Part shown: positions 1 through 20,889 of the stretch, piece after piece
How positions within the stretch are numbered: the first letter of the stretch is position 1
How the letters are laid out: each line of letters begins with the position of its first letter
DNA from: Paragordius varius
Taxonomy: Eukaryota; Animalia; Nematomorpha
Direction of reading: 5' to 3'
Length of the DNA: 64,000 nucleotides
NCBI GenBank assembly: GCA_964247055.1
Contig: OZ176052.1
Coordinates: 10,106,001 to 10,170,000, forward strand
Translations under genes and position numbers: made by a program
The notes under the pieces: model-generated
Seen by the model: the letters and a program-made list of their open reading frames with translations, nothing else
Told to the model about the DNA's origin: nothing
Database searches by the model: none

Positions 1-429
1 CGAGTAAATCTCTGGTTTTATTTTTTTAATTTTAGGAATCAGCCTGGTTCTGTTCTGGCCTAACCTTGATTTTGGTTCCATTTTTTCGATCTTAACGACT
101 TAAAAGGATAAACAGTTAACATTCTATGGTATTTCTGAGCAATATCTCTGGGTGACTTTCATTTTATTGATTTTGATATTATTTAAATAATTATGTATAG
201 GTATTTATAACGATGCATCATTTTTCTTTATGATAAGGTTAGTCATTTTTATTTCAGTAGATTTACATTTTTTCATATAAGTTTTTCGTTAATCAATAAA
301 ATCGGTTTTGATGACCTAATTGTATCGTCATATTATTAATTAAAATATAATTTACATTAGAAAACAAGACAAAAGTCTCAATGATATAAGGGTAAAAAGG
401 ATAAAATTCCAAACAGTTTTTACATGGGA

Positions 430-432
<3 letters not shown>

Positions 433-462
<30 letters not shown>
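433..462. repeat. (AT)15 microsatellite
   Basis: Read directly from the sequence. Confidence 0.95.
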
Positions 463-465
<3 letters not shown>

Positions 466-484
466 TCACTTTAGTTATCATTAC

Positions 485-2151
485 CCACAAATGAGTTTCC
501 AATAACTACTACATGCTTCTCAGGCCCTATTTCCTTATATAATTTCTGTGCATCTTGTAATGTTAGTACGGTAAATACGTTGCCAAGATCGGTTCCTGGC
601 ACTTCGGGCACATTGGAGGAGGATCCAAGCGCAATCAACAATTTATCATACTAATGATAAAAGGACATTTTTCCAAATTTAATATTTGATACTCCTAATT
701 TTTAGTGCAGGGTGCCGCCCTCCAATATTGGAAGTCCAGGATTTCCAAAAATATCCTCACAAAATCTTAGTATTGATAATCCTTAAACAAATTTTCTGAA
801 TAAGTCTGTACAATTAACAACAAACTAGAAAAATTGCTATATTATATTACATTTGCATTTTACAGTTTTATGTTTGAAATCCAATAAAATATTTATTATA
901 TCCATATTTATTTAAAAATGCGGCCTGTGAAGCCATTTGTGTTGAACGCCGCAATTTTAGTGTGTATAATTTGACATACCGCTAAAAGTTTTTTGGCATG
1001 ATTTTATATTTATATTCATCAATAAAATTATTATGTTTATAAAAATGCAATAACTTTTAGAATATAAAGATAAAAATTAAAAGTGTGATAACATTATACG
1101 GCTAGAATAAAATTCTAAAATATTATATTTCATTTGATTTAATAATATTAGTTTATTAATTATTGCGCAAATTTAACTTTCGCCTTCTTAAAGGATATGA
1201 ATGCGTATATTGATTTGTTCCTAATACATTTAATAACACTTTTTACTCAATAAGTTGCTAAAACAAAAAGCCTTACTTCGTTCGAGGACGTTGAATTTTT
1301 ATTATATTTAAATACTCCATTCACAAGCAATTAAAAATTAAACCTTATATGTGTGTCCAGATTGAATTTGGATAGCTTTTGACTCAAAATCAATATTTGT
1401 CACCACGGTACCTCTCCTTAAATTAATATTGTAATGGGTATAAAATTTTTCACATCTAAATGCAATTTTCCCAAAATTTGAGACATCCATAGTTTTCGTA
1501 ATTTGGGGCCGATCATATGGTAAGTTAATATCTTTTGCGATGATAGTTATGGGACCTATATGACCCTGTAATTAATGATCAAAAATATTAATGACAAATT
1601 CGTATTTTTCTAAAAAAATTTAAAAATAAAAATGTGTAAGGCTTATATTCAGTGGCAAAGTAGATAAAATAGTGTATTAATATATCTCAGCTAGTTAAAT
1701 TATAAATCTTACATTTTTTCTTAATGTTTCTGCACAAATCAACCCACAGGGTCCACTTCCAATAATATATATGTGAAATGCACTATCTTTAATATAATAA
1801 TTAATAAACGATTGTGGTTTTATAACGTATAAAGTTTCACTTATTCGTTTAACCTATATTAAAAAAACTTATACCTTAAAAGATAATAAATCATCCAATC
1901 CTGGATACTCTAAAATAGTTCCCGTTTTTAGATTATAACACGCACCATCATAAGGGCATCGAATAGTGTGACCATTTTGTACGCCTTTGATAAGGGGGCA
2001 ATCATAATATGTACAGTATGCAGATGTAACATAATTGTGGGTATTTTCACGATATACTAAAACTTTATCATTCATGTAATCAATCTGTATATTAATGTAT
2101 ATACACCTCAGTGATTTGACCATCTTTAATGTGAATAAGGTCAATAATCAT
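485..2151 (-). CDS. AIFM3-like Rieske/pyridine nucleotide-disulfide oxidoreductase, divergent paralog; 3' part lies beyond the left window edge
   Basis: Exons 2151-2107, 2084-1875, 1853-1713, 1565-1344, 650-485, all GT-AG and in phase. Translation: MIIDLIHIKDGQITE/IDYMNDKVLVYR..SAYCTYYDCPLIKG..IRCPYDGACYNLKTG..PGLD/..IIGSGPCGLICAETLRKN/..LPYDRPQ../YDKLLIALGS..HVVVIGNSFVG. Intron positions match the + strand paralog. Confidence 0.9.
1854..1874 (-). other. 21-nt spliceosomal micro-intron (AIFM3 paralog intron 2)
   Basis: GTATAAGTTTTTTTAATATAG. Contains an in-frame TAA; removal gives SFK|VKR, matching SYK|VKR in the paralog. Confidence 0.9.
2085..2106 (-). other. 22-nt spliceosomal micro-intron (AIFM3 paralog intron 1)
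   Basis: GTGTATATACATTAATATACAG. Removal joins MIIDLIHIKDGQITE to IDYMNDK; same position as 4200-4224. Confidence 0.85.
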
Positions 2152-3569
2152 ATTAAGGTTGTTTAAATTTAAAAAACCTAACAATGTGCACTGTGTGTAA
2201 CATGCAAGTGAACACAAAAATTATACAGATGAAATAAATATATTATGGTAGGTAGATAAATGTATCTGCATTATCATGGTGCCTTAAATTTAGGCCCTTT
2301 TGAGCCATGTAATAAAAATAAATATTTTTTATTTGCTTTATATGTAAAATCGCAAAATAAGCGCGATGCCTTTTAAAAGTTTCAGTGAAAGTTAGATGCT
2401 TCATTACTAAAATTAACATCATGAACGGCATATCAAAAGAAAATACAATTTGCTTTGATATTTATTAATAAAATGAGCAGTTTAAAAGGTAAAAATTTCG
2501 ATGGTATAAAACTGCTAATTTATGACATCTAAAAAAGTTATTTTAATATATATATACTTTGCATAAAGGTTTTAACGTATTTGATGAAATTTGGAAGAAG
2601 TATAATATTAGTAAAAAGATTTGTAATTCGATAATGTCAAATATATCAATCATTCCATAATGAAAAGATGTGTTACACTAGAAATTCAATTGATACAATG
2701 TGAAAATTACAATTAACAACTAACTTAGCAACTAAAGTAATCAAATTATGAGATAAAAATAGCGTTTTCAGCATCAATACTAAAAAAACTTAATTCTTTA
2801 TAATTTTGCAATTTCAAATTTTTAAGCAAAATATTCTTATTTTAGAAAAAACTTTTTTAATGTCGAAAATTTATCACGTAAATAGCATAACTCATTTATA
2901 AATAGATATAGCTTAATATAGAAGTTTGATGTTAATTAAATTTTAGCATATATTTAAAATAGCACAATCTCGGTTTTCATATATATAGAACCAGCCTATT
3001 TTAGAAGGTCAAAAATTTAGAATATGGCAGTATTTAAAAATTATATGCTCTTAGTATATTTTGAAATCAATTAAACACCCAAATTTTATTTGACAAAATG
3101 TGCGCAAATTTTGTCATTCTATATTTGGAGATACCATAAAAGTGGTATTTCTTTTATCACTCATCTGAAAACCTAAAGCATCAAATCATCCTGTTAAGTC
3201 GCCTATTAGTATATATGTTATATAAATTATCAGAATTCATACCCTTGGATGCAATGGAGGAAGCATTTAACAAGAATCGTAATAATTTTTTTGACACATT
3301 TGCTCAAAACAAAAGGCATCCTGAGAATTCTGATAAACTTTCCTACAAAAATATACGTTTCCATAAAATATTTATTGTGTTCCATTAACTTTATATAACA
3401 CTTCATTACCTTTTCACTTTTTTGTACTAGTTTATCTTTTTGGGTAGCGGAGAGCTCGATTAATTATACAGTTTAAAATTTACATTAGTTGTAGTTCAAT
3501 AGTAAGCATTTATCTCATGCATTAGATAAAAAAGCTTATATTTGTTACAGTATTGTGATTCTATAAAAT

Positions 3570-3925
3570 TGTGACAGCTCCAAAATACTATTGCGCACTG
3601 CTGATACTAAAATCAGAATATATAAAGTTTTTGCTGGTAAAATGTAACCTGAATGCTTTCTAAAGTTAATTATTAACATTCTTTAACCATATTATACATT
3701 TATCTGCATGTTGCATTAGCGTATAAAAAATTATATTGGGAAAAAATGGGCAAAAAAGTTTGAGATGGAGATTTTTTTATCATTTTACATTTTTTAAAAA
3801 ATTGTATAATGCTTCTAAAAGACTAAAGAAAACATATTTTTAAATTCGGATTAATACCTTAAATAATTTTTAAGGTATCCGAAATTCAAATCATTCTGAT
3901 ATTTACTACCCCAAAAGGTAAAGGA
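3570..3925 (+). repeat. Diverged dispersed repeat family member
   Basis: Shares TTTTGCTGGTA..TGTAACCTGAA, TTTACATTTTTTAAAAAATTGTAT and a hairpin block with 57680-57965, and partly with ~26270-26400. Confidence 0.6.
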
Positions 3926-4151
3926 TTGTTTATAATTGATATTTATGTTTTAATAAGAAAAATTCTTTCCACAATCAGGATAATTATGGGGAGATAGGGG
4001 TCAAAATATATTATTATTATAATTATGATAATTCTATCCAATAATATTTAATACCTAGGGACAAAAAACCCCAATATTATTCAAAAGGTAATACTTTATT
4101 ATTTTTAACATGTGATTGCAATGTACGGTTTTTTAAATTTTTAATATTAGT

Positions 4152-7100
4152 ATGAATATTTATGATTTTTCAAGTATCCAAAAAAATCAGATAAAAGAAG
4201 TATGTTTGTTCATCTATTTCAAAGTTTAACTTAGAAAATGGGGATTGTGTTATTGTTTATCGAAATAAGAATGATGAGATATTTGCCTCATCTGCATACT
4301 GCACGCATTATGGAGCACCATTGATAAGGGGTGTAATTAATAATGGAATTATTCGATGTCCATGGCACGGCGCATGTTTTAACGCTCAAACTGGGGATAT
4401 TGAAGATTTTCCTGGATTAGATAATTTGAAATCCTACAAAGTCCATGCCTTAATGCTTATTGTTTAGGTCAAAAGAATTGAAGATGAGTTTTATGAAATA
4501 TGTGATACTGAACCTCAAATTTCCAAAAAATATATATTTGAAGAAAAACCTCATTTTTGCATTATTGGAAGTGGACCTTGTGCCTTAATATGTGCCGAAA
4601 CATTGAGAAAACACGTAAAAATTTTGAGGATAATATTAAATAGGTTTTTAATTACCTTCAAGTCATTTATCTAATAGAGCTATTTCATTTATAATTTATC
4701 AACTGTTAAATTCAATGGTTTTATATCTCATAACATCCTTAATTTACTTTAAAATAATTGGCTAATATAAAACTCCAAATTGTAAAAACGATTGAATCTC
4801 TAATAGATATCATTAATTTTGTAGGTTAGGTTGATTTACAAAATAATATTAAAATATTTTAACCATCATTAAAAATATAGAACTTTGGGGGAAAAATAAC
4901 AATTTTAACTTCGGAAAAGTATCTCCCTTACGATCGGCCAAAACTAAGCAAAAACGTCGGTTGTAATCCTTCCGAGTTGTTATTGAGGACACAAGAATTT
5001 TTTGCTCAAAATGCGATCGATATATCTTTGCAAGTAACAGTCAGATCCGTCGATTTCATCCATAAAACCATTTACGCATCCTCTGGATATTCATCTCATG
5101 TAACATTTTATTTGGAGCCTTCACAACTTATAATATAAACTATAATACTTTAAGTTTTATTAAAATTGTTTTATCTTAACCTTTAGTATGATAAACTTTT
5201 GATTGCTATGGGCTCTACCCCAGTCATTCCTAATGTTCAAGGGTCTAATCTATCTGGCATTTATGCTCTCCGTTCCATGGAGGATGCTAAGAGGATTCAA
5301 GAGAAAATATCGCTTAAGAAACATGTAGTGGTCCTCGGGAGTGCTTTTATAGGTTCTTACATATAGTTTATAATTAATTTTACATAATATAATTTTTTTA
5401 TCTTACATAAATGGCTATTTTGGCGAGATCCTATTCTCGTAATATACTAATGGACGGATTAAACTAATATCTTTATTCATATTCAATGAGATTCAAGTTA
5501 TATGATTATTAATATTTTATAAGCTGTTTATCATTAACAAATTAAATATAGGTAGATTGATAGATGATTCAATGGTAAAACGTCGACAAAATGCGTTCAT
5601 TCAATTTTACATTAGAGGTCAAGTTTAATTTGTTCTGAAAAATAAAGATATTTAATGGGCCTTAAAAGCATCTATAATGACATTACTAAAATATTAATGA
5701 AGAAAGGTATCTTATCCAGAAAAAATCAAATGAAAATTAATTTTGCACGCAATTTAGAAATTCATATTAAAACACACCTATTGTGGAGGAGGCGTTAATA
5801 TATCCTGTTGTTTTGCAAGCAATTTTATTTCCTTTAAATGAATTAACAAAATGTCACTATTTATATTAATATTTAATGGTAAGAAATTGTTAGTTAATGA
5901 ATGATATATTGATTATTTATATCCTTTTTGTGCATAAAAGTCTCATGTATATATATAAAAATTCTATTAAAAACTTGTTAATCATTTAATTAGTAGATGT
6001 ATTATTCAATCTCTACAGTCTTCTCATCTTTGGTTATTGTTTTTTATTTTATTATATCAAAATGAATAATGAAAAGTTTAAAAATGATTTTTTGGTTGGT
6101 AGTTTTGTGTAGTCATCATTATAAAGTATAACTTTAAATTAATGATGTGTGACTTTTTAAAATAAATTATAAAAGCTTCGCTTTTATATTAGGTATTTCG
6201 GTTTAAGTAAGGAAAGAGTTTAAATTATTTATTATCTCTTTAAATAAAAATCCAAAAGAAATGACTATATTAAGGTAGCACAAAAAATGTGTAAATTATT
6301 TAAAATTATAAAATCAGTTTCTAGTACTAAGTATACGGTTTTATTAGAATATTATAAGAGATAGCGCATTCCTTATACCCCCGATAATTTTTGTTCGCAT
6401 TTAATAATGCTGTTTTGTAAACTCACCATTTTTTGTTAATAAGTTAAATTTTATTATATTATTATCATGAGCAGTTTTATTTTAAGTGTTCCCCTTTATA
6501 TTATGGGTTATTTTTTACATATATGTTACATTAAGAATAAAATTAATTAATTTATTGTGGAAAAATTCTCCGTTTTTTCGGCTCAATTTTATTATGGCTA
6601 TTTTTTTCTCGACATAGCATGATATTTTTTAGTTTTAGGTACTTTTATCAACTAAAATATGATTTATAATTACAAATCAATTGATCTCATAAATTAAAGT
6701 TTATATCGTTTTTTTGGCAAAGCATGAATATTTTAATGGAATTGTTCCGCAGGGGTAAATAACCTAATCATATTGTATTTGTCTATCTATTATCATTATT
6801 TACTGATAATGGAATATATTTTATGCATACCTCGTAGTCAAGAGTATTAAAGTGTCAAAGAATGCTAAAATATTTACTATTTGGAGATTTAAAATTCGGA
6901 TGGAACATGACAAAAAAGTGTTTTTTAAATTTGTTACTCTTATATATCAAAATGCACGGCTACTTTGAATTGATATCATATTAATTTATTGTCAAACCAG
7001 ATTTTAATGGATAAATTAACAAATAGAAATTTCAATTCTAATGCCTATCTACGATTCCCTTCCTCCTTTTTCGAAATTAATCAATTATATTTTACAGTAA

Positions 7101-9392
7101 ATATTAAAATAAGGACAAATATTTTTTTAAATGACAATTATATTTTTTAAGCCTTAATTTCTTATTAAACTATTAAATTATAGCTGTATAATATACCTTA
7201 TGATATAGTATGATTGCTAGAAAGTTATTAATTATTGCCAAATAGTAAATACAACAAAGGGCAGTATTATTGGCTTATAGATATTTTTTTCACTTTTTAG
7301 TATCATTAGCCAATAATATCCCTTTTGTTGTATTTACTATTTGGCAATAATTAACTTTCTAGCAATGTATCCCTTACTCATACTGCAATTGATTGTGTTA
7401 CCAATTCACACCTCTACTTCATAACTTGCAATCAAAAAGTGAGTTGTACAAAGTTAAAAAAGTACAGTAGTCTTTTCAAAAAAAGTATTTCTTTATATTT
7501 TTACACTTTTTCTGTATTTTTAATTATCAAAAATGCATTCTTAATTTGCTTGTATATCAAATGCAAATACTTATCCTAAATTCGAACGCGTAATAAAGCA
7601 TCATTATATGATTTATGTTCAGGCATGGAACTTGCTTCAACACTGATGGGAAAAGTAAAAAGTCTGACCGTTGTCACCAATTCTAAGGTACCGTTTGAAC
7701 GAATATTTGGTCTTGAGATTGGTGCTTTTATCCAGAACCTGCATGTTAAAAATGGGGTGCAATTCAAAAACCAAACATATGTTACCTCGTTTGAAGGAGA
7801 TAAACGCGTTGAAAAAATTTGTCTATCCAACGGGACATGGTAAATATAACGTAGAATTCGATACATTACTTTTTCATGTAAACTTTTTTTGAGCTCAATT
7901 TAAACTAAAAATACGAAAGAATAATATTTTAAATAATTCACTGATATGCATCAAATTATATAAATTTGAATATTAATTAAATATCGATTGATATTTTGAC
8001 AAATTTTTTGCATAAATCATCTTTCTATATGTGCTTTGTTACACCACTCTGAATATAGTTTACCCTGTAATTTGTGTATCCTGGGCCTTGGAGTAAATCC
8101 AGCAACTGATATATTTAAACTCAAATGTCAAACTAATCGATATGACAAATTTATGACACATTCTAATGCCCACGTTTTGGATCTCAACCCCAAAGGCTTT
8201 ATTTCTGTCAATGAATTTATGGAAACTAACATTCCTGATGTGTATGCAGGAGGTGACTTAGTCAATTTTCCTCTATATCCACCTCCTACTATCAATAATC
8301 TTGATAAAATTAACAACGAAACCGATAATACGATGAAAACAATATCGAATAAAGTAAACTTTAATGGCAGAAATGGGACTATTGATGATTTGAATCATGG
8401 CTCTTTAGATAGCACTTGTGATATGGTAGGTATATTTTAATTATTAAGTACAAATATAAGCATATAATGTTGATAAAAATTCATAACTAACTAGTACCTG
8501 TAGTTTTTATTTTAAATTTTATTAAAGATTATTTTTGTTAATTAATATAGTATATAATAATAGGTGAATATTCCGCATTGGCAAATGGCTCACAAACATG
8601 GACAGATTGCAGCGTTAAACATGTTAAATAAGGTATAAAATTAATTTTTATATTCATTTTAGGGTTTTTAAATTTGTCCTCAATCAATAATAGGCTTCAT
8701 ATATAAAGAATATCCTTGAACCGAATCAATGATAGCAATTTTTACTATATTATATTCAAAATCTCAGATAGAGTTTACGCCATGTTTTAAAAATCCTACT
8801 CCCTTAACTTATTTATAAAATAACTCGTTTTTAAATTTAAAATGTAGAAAACACCGTTAAATACAGTTCCCTTTTTCTGGACGACACATTTTGGTAAAAC
8901 CTTTCGTTATGTTGGACACGTCGTGGATCCAGATCAAACAATCATTCACGCTGATGTTCATAAAACTAAACTTGTGGCATATTATATGAAGGTAAAAATT
9001 TTAATAGCTATATTTTTGTTAATCCCGAAAATTAATAATAATTTTGTCTATTACATAATCATTATTCTTATTTGCAATAGATTATGTTGGGTTAGGTGTT
9101 TTAGATGTAAAAGAAATATTAGCCCTTTTTGACATGCATAGATGACCTTTTAAAGTGTGAATACCATCCCTATTTATACGTATTTTAAATATATTTTTGA
9201 TAAACCCTTAAGGATTCCTTCGTCAATGCCGTATTAACGTTTAACCGAGATCCAGTTGCTTCAATCTTTGCGGAATTAATGCGAAACTCAAAACATATCG
9301 CTATTAATTCTCAATACTTGGCACAACTTGAACCATTGTTTGATCATAAGAGTTACATTGACTTATTAAAGTTCTTATTGAATATGAATTAG
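4152..9392 (+). CDS. AIFM3: Apoptosis-inducing factor 3-like protein (Rieske domain + FAD/NAD(H) reductase)
   Basis: Exons 4152-4199, 4225-4440, 4468-4614, 4881-5099, 5187-5352, 7623-7839, 8059-8425, 8564-8632, 8848-8991, 9213-9392, phases consistent. Motifs: CTHYG..CPWHGACF, IIGSGPCA, PYDRPKLSK, DVYAGGD, VNIPHWQMAH, TVPFFWT, all recognisable AIFM3-family motifs. Confidence 0.93.
4200..4224 (+). other. 25-nt spliceosomal micro-intron (AIFM3 intron 1)
   Basis: GTATGTTTGTTCATCTATTTCAAAG. Removal puts ATG 4152 in frame with the Rieske exon. Confidence 0.85.
4441..4467 (+). other. 27-nt spliceosomal micro-intron (AIFM3 intron 2)
   Basis: GTCCATGCCTTAATGCTTATTGTTTAG. The terminal TAG is an in-frame stop if the intron is retained. 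Confidence 0.9.
7205..7385. mobile_element. Fold-back MITE in AIFM3 intron 5
   Basis: About 60-bp imperfect inverted arms (ATTGCTAGAAAGTTATTAATTATTGCCAAATAG.. / ..CTATTTGGCAATAATTAACTTTCTAGCAAT); homologous to 10715-10906. Confidence 0.75.
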
Positions 9393-9420
9393 CAAAACAT
9401 CTTTTATTATACACCCGCCT

Positions 9421-9608
9421 CAAATTCCCCCCTAGAACAATTAAAATTCACCCTAAAATATATTTTTTAAAAATTAAATTTTATTTAAAATTAATTTATA
9501 CCGCAAAATAACAAATATGCCATAAAGAAATATTTCATATTTATGATTAGTTATATTAGCCCGAAAACAATTTATTTTTAGGGTAAATTTGAATTGTAAA
9601 TGGTATTT
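9421..9608. mobile_element. MITE with AAATTCACCC subrepeats, just 3' of the AIFM3 stop codon
   Basis: Ends GGGTAAATTTGAATTGTAAATGGTATTT; its interior is the reverse complement of the interior of 51189-51399. Confidence 0.6.
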
Positions 9609-10714
9609 ACTAATAGCTAAAGCGCAATATTATGAGGTAGATTACATTTATTTATCTCAATAATAATTTTAACCAAAAATAATTTGTAGTCATCAAACAA
9701 TAAATTATTATTTATTATAATTGCGTTATTTATTGATTATAGCTAAAACATTGAAATAAATGAATATTAAATAGCTGAAGCTAAATTAAATTTATTTTGT
9801 GGAATATCAGTTGAAACGGTACGTCCATTTAATCCTAAACACAGTATTAAAATATATTAGAAAAAGCGTATCCAAAAAACTTTGCTTATAAATATTCTGA
9901 AAAATCTTACTTTCCTTTATTTTATTTTTAGGGTAGAAGCAAATAAATAATTTAAGAGTTGTATTAAATAATATAAAATGTATTTTTTTGGTATTATTTT
10001 TTATTATAATGCTGATTCGAAGGTAACATTAAGTAAAAGTAAACCAATAAGGGATGCATAAAACTAGTAAACTAAAATTGTAAAAAGGGGGTTTATATTA
10101 AAAAATTTAATGTTTACCTATTTAATTATAAATACTCTCCTTATATTATTGACGAATTTAGCGCAAGCATAAATCCGCACCTCACAACATAATACAGTAA
10201 AAATTAATATATACAGACAAAATGTAATAACTAAAAGACAAATATTTTTAAAAAATACAACCATACTTTTTAATAACATCTATTCTAAAATCCGTAAGAA
10301 AATGACGAAAACTAATCTGAAAATTATATTAATAATCTGAAAATATAAATAATATATGAAACGCTTCGTTTATAGTAATCGCATCAGTACGACACAACTA
10401 TTTGACTGGGTTTTTGACATATCAATTTCGTATATATATCCAACAATTTTGGTATAAATGCAGTCGATTATACGAATTTAAATTAAATTTTATTGACATT
10501 TATGAAAATTAAACTGAAAATGAACACTAGGAATAACCCTAGATTTAGACTAAAGCTAGTTTGGGATTTCATAGAAATCAAATTAGTTTACTTGATTTTA
10601 CAATTGTAATATAAAGTATTGATTGTGTTAATATATAAAATAAATACAATATTTATACAATATTAACAATTTATGTCTATTTACCCTATTGGAACCCAAA
10701 ACATTAGATTATAT

Positions 10715-10906
10715 TACAATATGAGTAAGTATATATTGCTAGAAAGTTATTAGTTATTGCCAAATAGCATATGCTGCAAAGAGAATTATTATTGGCTAAT
10801 AATAGTAAAAAGTGAAAAAATTACCTATAAGCCAATAATACTGCCCTTTGTTGTATATATTTGGCAATAATTAATAACTTTCTTGCAATTATTTACTCAT
10901 ACTGTA
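10715..10906. mobile_element. Fold-back MITE, TA-flanked with CAGT-type termini (Tc1/mariner-like)
   Basis: TA-CAATATGAGTAA..TTACTCATACTG-TA with long internal inverted arms; second copy at 7205-7385 in opposite orientation. Confidence 0.75.
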
Positions 10907-11404
10907 ATATCAAGTTTAAAAAAGTTTTTTAAAAAAACATTTGTATTTATGTTTTTACTATATATATTAATTTATACTGTATTATCAAGACCAATTTATA
11001 AAACAGCAACACTGAAGCAAATACAACACATCATGACAGATATTATAAAAACATTTATTTCGTATCATTTGTTAAATTAATTGTCATGTCTATTTTAAAG
11101 CATTAAAATTTATATAGGAAAATAATTTACATGTAATTATTGCTAAAAACCATGCAAAAAAGAGGCATATAAATTATGTTGATATTTAATTAAGTAGCGT
11201 ATGTGATAATACAATTAGCTAAAAAACGATATAAAAAATGTTGCACAAATTTTTTTGATCGGTTAAATGCATATGTAAAAAATATATAAGATTCTCTAAT
11301 TTTTGGCATAACAAAAGCAACTTCTAAAGCGTGTTTTCTGCCTTAAATTATTTAAAAACGTTGATTGCCTTATTTAGTCATAAATAAATAGAGAAATTTT
11401 TAAG

Positions 11405-19548
<8,144 letters not shown>

Positions 19549-20889
19549 TTTGTTCAACTCTTCCCAATATTTACTAAATTAAATAATTTAAAATATTAAT
19601 TGTGGAGTCTGAATTTATCAAATTAACGTGAAAATTCAAAAAAATTAAATATATTTAGTTGAAAAAATACCTTCGCGGAATATATTTCATTTGGATAAAA
19701 AAGTGAACAGTCAATAAGAAAATAAAATATTTAATACGGATTTTTATGGAAAGAAGGAAAAAATGGTGTTTCCCAAAAATCTTATTACAATCTTTTCTGA
19801 GAAAAATGTTAAAAAAATCAATAAATAAATCGATAAATGGACAACTAGAATATGTCATCCATTTCTAAAATAGAAATTAAAATATTTTTTCCCTGCATGA
19901 GAGTAAAAAGTATTTGTGAAATACTAAACCGTCAAAAATTGTTTGATTTAAGGCCCAACTATAGCGCATACTTAAACGTAAAAAATAAGGAATATCAAAT
20001 AATTTACATAAAAAGGAAATTTTAAAACCAAAAATTGATCAACTCCTGGTTAAAATTTAAAAAATTTGCATAGCCAAAAAGTTTGGGTGATCAACTTTAG
20101 ATTAATTAATTGCGTTTTATTCGTTAAAAACAAAAATAAAAGAAAATGGCAACCGGAATCTGAATAAAATCATTTTAAAACATTTATATTTAAAACTGTT
20201 TCCGGTTCTTGTAGTTTTATTTTCCTGGTAAAAAAATTATTTTTAGGTCTAAATCTCTATATTAAATAAAAATAGCATTTTTATACAAATATATGAAAAA
20301 ATAGGGTTTTAATAGCAAAAGTATGCAAGTGATCCACAAACTAGAATAACACATAAATGTATAACATATCCGGATATATAATAAAATCATTGATAGAAAA
20401 AATTGTCCTTAAAGCCTACATAGTTAGTTAATGTGTGCGTTATCAAATGACAAAAATATATTAAATGAAACTAGAGATTAAGTTAAAAATAAATGCGTCG
20501 ATGATTATAGAAAATAAAACTTTATAATTTTTTGGATTGATTAATAATAATTTTAGCTATTGAATTTTTAAATTTTAATAGATAAGTATTGTAAAAAAAG
20601 GTTTTCATACCGACCCTAATCTAATTAAAACCAAAAAAACTATGTCAAATACGACATATAAAATATACAGTTTAATTTTTTTTTTCTTTTTTTATTAAAG
20701 GGTAAGGACTTAAATTGTTTCTAGACTTGTGAAGGCTTTAACACTCGCCTGCCCAGGGCTGACAATGATGATGGAAAAATGGCGTAGTTTCGGGGTTCAA
20801 ACTCTGACCTGCAGCGTACTACAATAGTTATGGAGGATATAGATTAACAGTTATATAATTTAATTATTATTTTTAAAGATTTTATATTT

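Noticed and set aside
293-502. 69-aa minus-strand ORF
   Set aside because: It runs through the (AT)n microsatellite in an intron of the AIFM3 paralog; the IY repeats are an artefact.
5320-5352. Non-canonical NAD(H)-binding motif GSAFIG (GNSFVG in the paralog)
   Set aside because: GSSFI-type variants are, to my recollection, common in invertebrate AIFM3 homologs, so this is not evidence of a changed function.
19846-19862. Possible extra first KLC exon (MDDIF, splicing to 19573)
   Set aside because: The phase fits but the donor GTTGTC is weak and there is no homology support.
20792-20804. Pol III B-box-like GGGGTTCAAACTC
   Set aside because: No A-box at a suitable distance and no tRNA cloverleaf; a single short match is expected by chance.
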